A DNA stretch of 64,000 bases from Ascidiella aspersa (taxonomy: Eukaryota): the NCBI GenBank assembly GCA_963924565.1, contig OZ004609.1, positions 12,462,001 through 12,526,000 of the forward strand. Direction: 5' to 3'. Below the pieces are notes generated by a model. That model made no database searches, had not been told where the DNA came from, and saw nothing but the letters and a program-made list of their open reading frames with translations. The stretch's first letter is position 1. The number at the start of each line of letters is the position of its first letter. Both the position numbers and the translations under genes were made by a program. Shown in pieces: positions 53,920 to 64,000 of the stretch.

Positions 53920-55095
53920 CCGCCCGCGTCAAAAATTGCTTCCGATAACTTTACGCACTTCTGCAGACGCACCGCAAACTGGGAGAACTCTCACCCTTTA
54001 CGGGTTTTGAAATGCGAAACTTACTACGGTTACTTCTTTGTTCAAATCGTAACAATTCAGTAAAGCTTACTTGAGCTGATCGTAGTCCACAGCGTCAGCG
54101 TCTGGAATTCTTGAAAATACAACCAATGCTCGACCTTGCAGAAGAGCGCTTAGCGTAGTCGACCCCTCTAACTCATCCCACTTGCAGGTAGCAGCAAAGC
54201 GATCGAAGCGCAGCAGATAGCTATCCAACTCGTTCTGTTATTCCCTGTCTCGCGCCGCGGGTTTCCTTTGCTTTTCTGCTGCTTTTTTTCGGCCTCGGCA
54301 TTTCTATACTTTCTTCAACTTCAGCCTCAGCATTTCTCCGCCGTTCTTTGGCTTCAGACTCGGCAACTCTTTGCTGGGCTCCAGCTTACCTAGGTATAGG
54401 CGTCGCTTTTCTTTCTCGAACGCCTGCTGTTCATTAATGAACTTCGCCAAATCGGCTCCAGTCAAACACAGTTGCTTGCCAACTTCAGCAATCTTTTCCA
54501 TCTCGATTTCCTGCTTCACCACCATATAAAACTAGGTCAACACCCAACACAGTTCAATAGAATAGATCCCGGACGAGCCCCCAATTGTAACAAACTTTTA
54601 GGTCAGATATCCTAAAGTTGTGATGACAAACCTAAAACTGGTACATCAGAAACTGTAGATGTTTTCCTTAGCGTAGTTTATGTAGAATCCTACGCCACGC
54701 CTTGCCACAAATTCACGTCAAAACAACAGGTTACTACAGATCAGCTGGTCGCACAATAAGATATCACAATGGTCAATGACAGAGGGCCGAGTAACGCATT
54801 GTTTGGGATTGTAAAGTAGTTTTTCAGGTATAACGCAATTTGTGACAATAACTATGCGGTTATTGATAACTTCAGATAAACTTATGTATTATATGTATAA
54901 TACTAGATAGTGATCGGAATGTACATGATATTTATATGACTGTTTCTTGTGTTTGATTCCTAGATTTAATGCTATCAAAAATAAACATAGCGCCCTCTAT
55001 CGGCAATTATTAGAAGGTACATGTGCTACATTTGACCCGGTCTTAAATGTATTTTGTACCAAAACACCAACTTAAGACTTACCATTCCTGTTACA
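53920..55095 (-). mobile_element. 5' portion of a Gypsy LTR retrotransposon (Gmr1/SCAN-type gag): LTR 55095-54586, PBS, decayed gag
   Basis: 510-bp LTR with TGTAACA...TGTTACA termini; gag MEKIAEVGKQLCLTGADLAKFINEQQ, then ELDSYLLRFDRFA..KW..LSALLQGRAL..DYDQLK*ALL. Confidence 0.9.
54566..54583 (-). promoter_or_regulatory. Primer binding site complementary to the tRNA-Pro 3' end
   Basis: Minus strand TGGGGGCTCGTCCGGGAT, the canonical 18-nt Pro PBS, 2 nt after the LTR terminal CA. Confidence 0.93.
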
Positions 55096-55176
55096 GGGGG
55101 AAATAAAGTTTCTTTCGCCCAGTTTCATTAATGTACTCGAAATGATATTTAAACGTGACATGGTGACCCCATAAAG

Positions 55177-55351
55177 CAGTGGTTTTCAACCAGGGTTCCG
55201 CGGAACCTTAGGGTTCCGCTTGTACAGTCGAGGGGTTCCGCAATTTCTAAATTGTTTAGCTAATTGAGGTGTTTTTATTACACTGGGGTTCCTCGAGCCA
55301 GTGGAATGTTTCCATAGGGTTCCACTCCAGAAAAAAGGTTGAAAAGCACTG
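55177..55351. mobile_element. hAT-like MITE
   Basis: TIR cagtggttttcaacc / ggttgaaaagcactg; TSD ccataaag/gcataaag. Confidence 0.85.
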
Positions 55352-56049
55352 GCATAAAGGGTGGTCTTAAATGGGTTTTGCACCCGTAGAGAATCGAGGC
55401 ATGTCTGTTTGTGCTTGTAATTATAGCGTGTTCGCCTGGTAAAGTGTTAAATATTTCACCTAGATACTCATTTCCTTTCGTGGCCGTTCTGGCAAATCTA
55501 GCCGACATTCGACTCAGCTAATCTCCATCGCAGTCGCTCTTGTGCTATATAGTGTCACGCTGCTGTTGGATAAAACACTACAGTCAACTGATGCATGCCT
55601 TACTTGCGATTTTTACTGCGCTGTAAGCTCTTTTATTGAAAGCGAGCTATGCTAAATTATGTGAATGTACAATAAATCTATAAGCGACCTGACAGTATGC
55701 AATTTGAAATGCTTTGACAGTTTGTTTAGTTTCGATTTAGTGTAGTTCAGATAGCACGGTGGTCATGTCTCACCTGTTGAAATATACACACCATTTCCCG
55801 CACTTAAGATCGGTCATTTATTGACCACTGATATGTGGCGCAACATTTAAGATAGGTTTGATCGATGTACTCGACATGATATTTAAACCGAAATTTGGGG
55901 TTTTTTTCAACAGTCCCCCTTTCTTAACGCACCAAATTCATAACATAAGACCGGCCTTTTTGTGCCCTTATATTCTCTAAATAGTCAAACCTTTTGTACT
56001 CGACATACTATTTAAATCTCTGCTAGCTCCCGAACTATATCACTGTCAC

Positions 56050-56103
56050 TGTTCATATCACTGATGATGGCATGAGCATTTGCCGAAATGTTTGAACAAT
56101 AAA
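56050..56103 (+). ncRNA. Minimal type I hammerhead ribozyme-like motif plus AATAAA (Penelope-like pseudo-LTR remnant)
   Basis: TCA-CTGATGA-T-GGCA-tgagcatt-TGCC-GAAA-TGTT-TGA; stem II is 4 bp; stem I is TCA/TGA (extended TGTTCA/TGAACA); AATAAA at 56098-56103. Confidence 0.6.
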
Positions 56104-56206
56104 GCATGTCGCTTTTTACGTCTATTTGGGCCGTTATTTTAACCATCAAGTTGATTTAGGTTTATATGAAATTGATCCCTTTGGGTATGTTACGGTTACT
56201 CTAAAG

Positions 56207-56483
56207 CAGTGTTTCTCAACCGGGTGCCGCGGTACTCTAGGTGTCTTTTTTAACGCTCATGGGTTCTGAGAGATATTTCAAATTCTTTAGGATTCCAATT
56301 TTTGCTCAATTGGTAAACTTCTTGATACATTTTTTGTGTACGATAGAAGTGCCAATTAAAAAGTTTTTTTTTCAATCTCGTTTATTGTAACGTTACAGTT
56401 AACCACTAAGCAAAAAAAGCGAGCAGCGATCTTTTTATAATTTCTGTAGGGTGTCGCAAGCCAGAAAAGATTGGGAACCACTG
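56207..56483. mobile_element. hAT-like MITE
   Basis: cagtgtttctcaac / ttgggaaccactg; TSD ctctaaag/ctataaag. Confidence 0.75.
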
Positions 56484-57201
56484 CTATAAAGCGCCACACG
56501 AGAACAAGTTTGCACCAGAAAATTCTTACACATACTGTTTAAGAGTATTTTGCACTGGTAAACAAATATGGCATAGAATGCAAAACTAACAAATGTCCCA
56601 AAAATATCAAGATTGTAATTCAATACACCCACAGCAACTGCTATTTATTGCGCTATCACATATTAATTATAAACATAAACACACTACAGTATTAAGAAAG
56701 CAGCAAACGCTGTGCTAGACTTAATAAAATTCGATCGTCACTCGAGGTATATCGAAACTAGACAAAAACACATGATTAGCCTACTATTTTTACTGGTGGA
56801 AGCGAAAAGTAATATAAACGCAAAAAATTTCATGGGCAATATTAAAAAACCTAACAACACAGTTAAAGAAATTATGCATAAAATCAACGGCACATGTTTG
56901 CCAATAATATATGAAGATAATTGAAAACAACAGCAACATGATTTACTTGAAGAATAATAATAATATGAAGTATAAATATTGCAAAGCTATTACTAAATTA
57001 CATGAAAAATAGGTATATCAATGTTTTAGCATCGATAAAAGACAGACTAGTCGAAAGACGTAAGGCACATTTAAGTGTTAATTACACAAAAGTTAAGCTC
57101 AGTCGAAGTATTGTAGGTACAATATAGCTGTTAAAGTTATTACAGCTTCCTTGTAGATAAGGCACACTAGACAAAATTATTGTTTTCAAATGGCAGAAGG
57201 T

Positions 57202-60200
57202 TTAAAGAACTCTGGAACCATTAGACGGCGTGACAACATAGAACGTTGGATTTCCTGTGTAATTTTTCTACAAAAGCAGACAGTATTTATGGATATGAAG
57301 TAATGCACTGGATGTAATTATTTAGAAATATTTAAAAAAATAAAATTACAAATTTCTAAATAGTAGAAATTAAGACTATGTTGGACGTATATTATTCAAA
57401 TATCGTAAAAGTTAATCTCAGGCAAAATTTTGCTTTAAAATAGTCACTAATTGCATTCAATTAATAGTTGCAGAAGCAAACAATCTAACCTCCATATAAG
57501 AAATAACGGGATCAACTTGATCCGCTTTCAATAATGTGACTGTACATCCTCCAAATCCACCTCCAGTCATTCTACTTCCAAACACCCCCTGGCAGTCCAG
57601 CGCAAGACTTACAAGTTTGTCTAACTCGGGACAGCTAACGTTATAGTCGTCCCTATTGTGAATTTAAAATGCTGTTAAATTATTTGAAAATAAAGGTACA
57701 TATGTTACACATCACACCTCAAAGAGTTGTGGCTTTCAATCATAAGTTTTCCAAAGGAATGGTAGTCCTTAGTTTTTAAAAACTCCGGTGCAGTTTGAGT
57801 TCTTTGAATTTCTGATATTACATGCCTGGCTCTTTTATACACAATTTTATCCATATCCTTTTTGCAATCTGAAATTATTTTCAAATTATTTCATACTATA
57901 AAATGTATAAAGTTTGTTACGGTCAAACTAAACGACATCAAGCAAGAAATGGACTACCTTCTAGTTTTTCCAATGTACCATCCCGTAGACTACCTAAACC
58001 CATGATCTCTGCAGCTTCGTAGCATTGCTTTCTACGAGTTGGATACTCTGTTCCAGTAAGTTGATGCCGTACATTAGTGTTTGTTATTAAAACCATCACA
58101 TCAGGGTCATCAAGAGGAACTAATGTAGCCTCCATTGATCTAGCTCACATAATAAGCACACATAAACTTTGTACAATAAAGTATGTGTAATGAGTTCATA
58201 CCGACAGTCAATGAGTAATGCATGCTTTTCCTTGCCCATCACAGATATGAATTGATCCATAATTCCACACGGCATTCCAGGGAATGTATGCTCTGCCTTT
58301 TGGCAACTTAATGCTTTGGCTTTTTTATCCACTGAAGTTACTATATATAAAACAATAATAAAATATCTTATAATAAAAACAGTTGATTTGTGGTGTTTTC
58401 ACTGTAAAATTATTAGGTGTGCAGTTCCCACTAACCTGCGTCACTTCTTAATTGCTAGTTTAATGTAAATAAATATAAAAAACTACTAAAAAATCACTGA
58501 AAAACTTTCTAATAATCCTAGCAAATCAAAACAATTCTGCCGTTTATTTCGGGTAATTGGAACCGATATAATTTAATGTTTTACCGCCGATTGTTGCGCC
58601 TAATTGTACAAACGCGTGTGGTAAGTTGATCTGTCGCTGCGGCAACCAATTTATAGTGCTTGCAGCCTTGCTTTGAATGTAACCTGGCAGTGAAGTGTCA
58701 GCTTTTTTTCGGGCGACAAATTATGCGTCTTGCGATAACGTTCGTCTAGTTAAGTGTCAATTATTGGACGAGCGACTAATTTGTAATGTCAGGTGCGGAG
58801 TTCTCTATTTCCCTTAAATGCGTTAAGTTGCAAAAGTAACATTACATTGTAAAACGTGCTGGCCGTCGACAAAATGCGCTATAGGGTTACTTAAGGTCAA
58901 CTTTAGGCCAATATTCAGCGAGGTTATGCAGTTATGCACAGCGTAATTGTCGGGTATTCGTTATGTCAATAGTAACTTTGTATTATTTGCATTACATTAT
59001 TTCACTGCATAACAGATCATGTTAGTCAAAAAAGAAGAACTGAGGCCCAACAATGCTTTAAAAAACAAGACCGAATTGCTAAAGAGTTCTGTGTGCAGTG
59101 TTGCATTGTACTCACTATTGGCAAAAATATAAGTTTTGTCAACAACCTGGACAGTGGACACATTACAGTTTACCCAACTGCTTCAAATAACAGTTGTTAA
59201 GAATGGTAAACATATGGAAGATTTTTTTTATTGTAATGTACACAAGTTAGCAAATTGTTGAGGCGATTTATTGCTGTGATTGTGGGCCCTGTAGGGTAGT
59301 TTAAGATTAATCCCTTCCCCAAACAAAATCGAGGTTAGATAATTTAATAAAAGTATACTAGGATTCGCTAATCTGGATTTGTTATTCTAGATTCGAATCC
59401 TATTATTCTAGAATAACTTGGGATTCTACTTTGAACATTCCTAGTTGTGGAGATTATCGACGATTGAACGCTGCAACACAGCCTGGTGGATACGCAATAC
59501 GTCAAGTATAACTTACTTATGTAGACACGTGATATTGCTGAATATTTGTTCAAGTAGCTTCATGATTTTAAATTCTCATTCTCTAATTCAGGGTGGTCCA
59601 AACCCGGTCCGCGGGCCACACTGCTGAATTATTGCAATGCATATACCTTAATCAAAGAAATATAAGTGACCGACCAACAGCAAGGATGTTCGAATTGTTT
59701 GTTTATGATTACATTTTCCGGTTAGACCATTAAATAAACCAGTTTACCATCGCTCATCAAGTTTGGATCCAAAGGGTGTAAAGAACACCTAATTTTTGCT
59801 ATGTGGTAGACCGGTTTGAAAGTTGCAGTATGTCCATATGGAACTTGTTTTAAATGGCTGATTTGCGAATTTATAAGTTAGAATTGTGTTTTGTTTTCCG
59901 TCTTTTTAATATGAACAAAAAATAAAAAGTACGACCCTATATATATATATTACAATTTTGGCAACTTTAAAGAAAGTATTGTTTTCCAGGTTTTCACTAC
60001 AGCTGAAGGCTAACGCCCTGACTGTTTCCATGTTGCAATTTCAGCTAAATTAAACTAGTTAAAAAATATTCTACGCTTATAAAATGCAGTCTTTTAAATT
60101 AAAAGTTTTGCTAAACAAAAAATGTTTTCCCCCGTCGCACACCATTTTGCTGTCTCATTATCACTCGATTTCATTTGCCCACAAGTTCGATGAGAGCAGC

Positions 60201-61810
60201 AAGTTTATGGAGCTTATATGTCTTTGAAATTACTTTTTGATGATTCTTTGTGGCGTCATCTTTACACATTTCCTGCCCAACCAAACCAAAGTCATTGATC
60301 CACCCCTGGCACACATGTTGCACTTTATGGTGTCGCGAAGAATATGCAAGAAATATTGTGGCCCGCAATGCTGTCAACCTTGAACCACCCTGCTCTAATT
60401 CATTTGTTACAAAACGTTTTCTATCTTTGTTTTGATCGCTGTAGTTTTACATGAAATTATTAGCTAAATTCAGTAATAAAGTAATTTGTTAAGTTAAAGT
60501 TGCTGATATAAACTTAACAGCCCACCAATTCACCATTAGGTTTTGCCTTTTAGTAGTTAAAAGTCAGAAAATGATGTTAATGTAAACTTTAAACATTTTG
60601 TATTTTAATTGTAAATGCTAAAGTGTATATGTTAAGAAACTTGATAAATTTGAAAAACTTCCTGGTGTAAATAGACACCAATTCTCAATATTTAAAATAG
60701 GTTCCTCTGGCATATTCTCAATGCATACTATAATTTATCTAAAAAAAGTTACCTCCAGTTAATGCTTCAAGAAAGGTGTACATGGCTACTTCCAATGATG
60801 CAGAGCTTGAAAGGCCACCACCAAGTGGGACACTACTTACAATAGATGCTTTAAATGAGGGAATCACACCTACAACATACATTTAGAATAATTAAATAAT
60901 AAAATTTTGCACCCCATTACAGTAAACATCAGAACCTGGAAATTCATTAATGACACCCTTTACATAATTAGACCAAGCTGGTTTTCCTGGTTGCAAAGGA
61001 TTTTTCACTGTTGGAACAGGAAATTTAATTGATCTTGGATCATCAGCAGACTCTGCCCCAGTTACTATCTCAATATCTCCATCATCAGGTGTCAGGCATC
61101 CAGTCACAATAGTTACAGATGGCAGTGCCTAAAAAAGCAGCAAACAAATTAATAAATCCAACATGTGAGATGTAACAAATTGGTGACACAAGTTTCTTAG
61201 GCATTCACTTTGTGAGCCATAACTGTTTTTATGTTAGAACTTTGATACTAATATCGTCACGCTCATAACCAAATTGCCGAAGTCATCTTTTTATGATTTT
61301 CAGAGTTTTTGCCTTTGAAGTCACTCCTTGTGGCCATCCCCATTCTTAGAAAAAGTGCCTAAGTCATTATTTTGCACAAGCCATGGAAAATGACCCAAGC
61401 ACTTTTTCTATGGACGGGGATGGTAACAAGGAGAGACTGAATAAAAAACTTTAATAATCAGTAAAAAATAACTTAGGCAATTTGGTTTTAATATTGCAGT
61501 TAAATGTGACAATATTTTAAAATATATTTTAAGTAAAACAAAGCGAAAAAACAGGCATAAAGATCATGAAATGTCTTGGCCACTGACTGACAATATTTAC
61601 ACCTCTTGTTATAAAGTTTCCAATGCCTACTTCACTGACCATTGGTAAGACAAATCCAGCATTGTAATCGGTGTGTTCTCCAATCAAGTTGACACGACCT
61701 GGGGCGCAGGCTTTTACACTTGGCATGTGCGACGGAAAGTTTTCATGAAATAATATTTCTGCTTGTTTTAGCAACTCTTCAACTGGTGGTATTTCACTGA
61801 CTCCAGACAT
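57202..61810 (-). CDS. GALK1: Galactokinase, 8 exons, ~393 aa
   Basis: Exons 61640-61810, 60936-61128, 60753-60869, 58202-58340, 57958-58139, 57718-57868, 57490-57652, 57202-57267 (1182 nt). Motifs [49 protein letters not shown]. Confidence 0.96.
59589..60392. mobile_element. hAT-like MITE in a GALK1 intron
   Basis: cagggtggtccaa / ttgaaccaccctg; perfect TSD ctctaatt. Confidence 0.88.
61267..61488. repeat. Imperfect fold-back element in GALK1 intron 1
   Basis: aaccaaattgcc / ggcaatttggtt, ctccttgt.gccatcccc / ggggatggtaacaaggag and agaaaaagtgc / gcactttttct arms. Confidence 0.7.
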
Positions 61811-61997
61811 TGTTATTTAAATTTTAAGTGTAAGTTAACCTGGCCCTAAAAAAAGTATAAACAAACAGGTGACCGGTACTAAACCTTATTTCAAGTAAGT
61901 TGTTGAACCAATGATACTATTAGGGTGGAATTCATAAGCTGTAATTAATCACTTGTAAACAAGATCTATACTTGGAATTACTTATAGTAGACCATTG

Positions 61998-62176
61998 GGC
62001 GCTGGTCTAGAATCCTACCACAACGAAACACCATTTGGGTTAGGGTGGGTCAAGTATTATTATTAAACTAAGAATATAATAATACTTGACCCACCCACAC
62101 CCGAACGCTAACCCGCACCCTAACTCAAATTTTGTGCGTTGATTTTAGATCTGTGGTAGGATTCTAGACCAGCGCC
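61998..62176. mobile_element. GG-ended (Merlin-like) MITE upstream of GALK1
   Basis: Perfect 25-bp TIR ggcgctggtctagaatcctaccaca; 8-bp TSD gaccattg. Confidence 0.88.
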
Positions 62177-62529
62177 GACCATTGTAACTTGTCTTCAAGA
62201 AAGAACTATGTTTTTCAAAAAGATATCAGAAATACAAACATAGGTAATATTGTGCGGGGTTAACATTCTTCATAATAGTTACTTGTTTTTGCGAATTCAA
62301 CAGTGTGTGTTGTTTCATCATTTGTTAAAATGTGTATCAACAAGGCGCATTCGTTTTAGTCTTTTCTCTCTGGCCAAAACGCATTTGGAATTTGAACCTA
62401 CGGCACTGGAGAGTTCTTAAAATTTGCTGATTTGTAATACGTGTTGTTTCATTGGTGGCCTGCTATCACCTAGCCGGAAGTGGCTGTTTCAGTTTGTGGA
62501 CTGTGGTTCGGAGACGGGTTCAAAACCAA

Positions 62530-62770
62530 CACAATGTGCACGAAACAAAACGTGCACATTGTGCGCGCAATGTGCACTTGCGATATGTGCTCGATTCAGT
62601 GCCCATTTGAAGGTGCACAATGTGCACTTGTCATATGTGCACCAAACAAAACTTGCACATTGTGCGCACAATGTCCACTTGCGATATTTGCACGGTTCGG
62701 TGCACATTGTGCACTTGCGATATTTGCACCAAATGTGAACTAAATCTGCATCTAATGTGCATGTGCGCCG
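62530..62770. repeat. Tandem array of tgtgcac-based units
   Basis: aatgtgcacttgcgatatttgcac-like units with aaacaaaac.tgcacattgtgcgc recurring; probably TE-internal. Confidence 0.8.
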
Positions 62771-62788
62771 AAATTTACTAAAAAGGTG

Positions 62789-63799
62789 CAGGGTTGCCAA
62801 ATAGACAAAAATAAAAAAAGCCGAAATTACTCTAAAAAAAGCAGGGAGTCGAACCGTTTGACTTTTCCGGTTCAGGTTCGGTTCGGGTTCAAGGATTTTT
62901 TCGGAATCCGGTTCAGTTCCGGTTTCGGTTCGGAGGAATTTAAAAGTTCCGGTTCAGCTGCGGTTCAACCATCGTTATTTCAAAACCGGTTTATAAAGTT
63001 CCGGTTCAGATACAATATAATTTGCGTTAAATTTCAAAATGTGGGTCGATAAATGTAGAGAATAATCTTTGAATTGGAAGTCATTTAAACTAAGTTACGT
63101 GACTTATTAAAAAAAACAGCAACTCATTATTTAAATATCTAAAAAATCAACAATCAACAATTTTTTCATTCAATATTTATATTTTTTTTCATAAAATTTC
63201 GAACATGGCGTAACTTGACTCTCTAAAATAGAAGTTGTGACGTCATGCTGGAGCGAACCGCTTTTGTTTACAGGTTCGGGTTCGGTTAAGGTTCAGGTAC
63301 TTTCAAATTATTCGGTTCAGTTCCGGTTCGGCTCCTTAAAATCCTATGAAAAACGGTTCAGGTTCGGTTACGGTTCGGAAAAAATTGACCCAAAACCGGT
63401 TCATAAAGTTCCGGTTCGGTTCCGGTTCGACTCCCTGAAAAAAAGGCCAAAAAAAGCCAAATCTACTACAAACTCTAACAAGTCTATGTTTTTCCTTAAA
63501 TAAATAAAAAATGCAATAAAAAATGTCATGCTGATACATTGAAATTCTCTTTTTGTGGCAAATTTTCTTAATTTTTTTCTTTTTTTGTAAATTTTTCTTG
63601 ACAATTTTTTTCTCTTTTTGTAGATTTTTCTTGACAATTCTTCTCTTTTTGGAATTTTTTTGGATTTTTTTTTCTCTTTTTGCGTTAGTTTGATATCTTG
63701 TTAACATAACACTCATGACATTTTTGAAAAAAAACGAAAAAAGCCTAAAAATCCTAAATTTTTAAATTTGGCTTTAAAAAATCCTAACTGGCAACCCTG
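62789..63799. mobile_element. hAT-like element with a nested second element (62842-63437) rich in ggttc repeats
   Basis: Outer TIR cagggttgcca / tggcaaccctg with TSD aaaaggtg; inner TIR cagggagtcgaaccg / cggttcgactccctg with TSD aaaaaaag. Confidence 0.92.
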
Positions 63800-63815
63800 A
63801 AAAGGTGCACACTTT

Positions 63816-64000
63816 GGGTCGAATTCATAAACTCGGATCAGGTTTGATCCATGATCCTGGATCAATTGATCCGAGATTTACAATCCTGAGCTGGGTTTAT
63901 TCCACAAACTCGGATCAACTGAGCCTGGATCAGTTTCGTGATGCATTTTCGCTACAGCGATGTTTTATAACTTAAATTTCACGGTCGGGTGGTTTCAAAA
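63816..64000. mobile_element. Probable left end of another DNA transposon with ggatca/tgatcc subterminal repeats (runs off the window)
   Basis: gggtcgaattcataaactcggatcaggtttgatcc...; aaactcggatca occurs twice. The other end is not visible. Confidence 0.45.

Noticed and set aside
62424-62800. Cys/His-rich ORFs resembling metallothionein or zinc fingers
   Set aside because: Translation artefacts of the tgtgcac tandem array; open on both strands.
62530-63437. Possible CRISPR-like array
   Set aside because: Units are degenerate and contiguous without unique spacers; eukaryotic context, no cas genes.
63237-63716. Lys-rich and Gly/Ser/Phe-rich ORFs
   Set aside because: Derived from low-complexity tracts inside MITEs with defined TIRs and TSDs.

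Overview
AT-rich eukaryotic (animal) genomic DNA with compact GT-AG introns and TTTCAG-type acceptors just upstream of start codons. This is compatible with an ascidian/tunicate-like genome, which is inference only. I assembled the protein-coding genes exon by exon from the sequence: an intronless HSD17B8/FabG-like SDR (+, 16535-17299) with two decayed neighbouring copies; kinesin-1 heavy chain (-, 26 coding exons, 36102-20021, about 1037 aa); a signal peptide-CUB-stalk-TM gene (-, 43349-41523) followed within about 110 nt by an intronless TM-adaptor-like ORF (-, 41370-40462); threonine synthase-like 2 (+, 11 exons, 47398-51925); and galactokinase (-, 8 exons, 61810-57202). The rest is a dense TE landscape: two decayed Ty3/Gypsy pol regions (1-6330), a Gypsy 5' LTR with tRNA-Pro PBS and gag remnant, a second solo-LTR-like family, and many nested hAT-like and GG-ended MITEs with 8-bp TSDs. 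The most unusual signals are: a perfectly paired tRNA-like Pol III unit with a non-canonical anticodon arm inside a 16-bp-repeat-flanked insertion; a Penelope-type minimal hammerhead ribozyme followed by AATAAA; a CUB/TM-adaptor cluster that is either an operon or a switchable-tail receptor; a kinesin tail with a dual-frame last exon and a candidate microexon; and a tandem array of divergent CTCF-like motifs. No CRISPR array or rRNA was seen.
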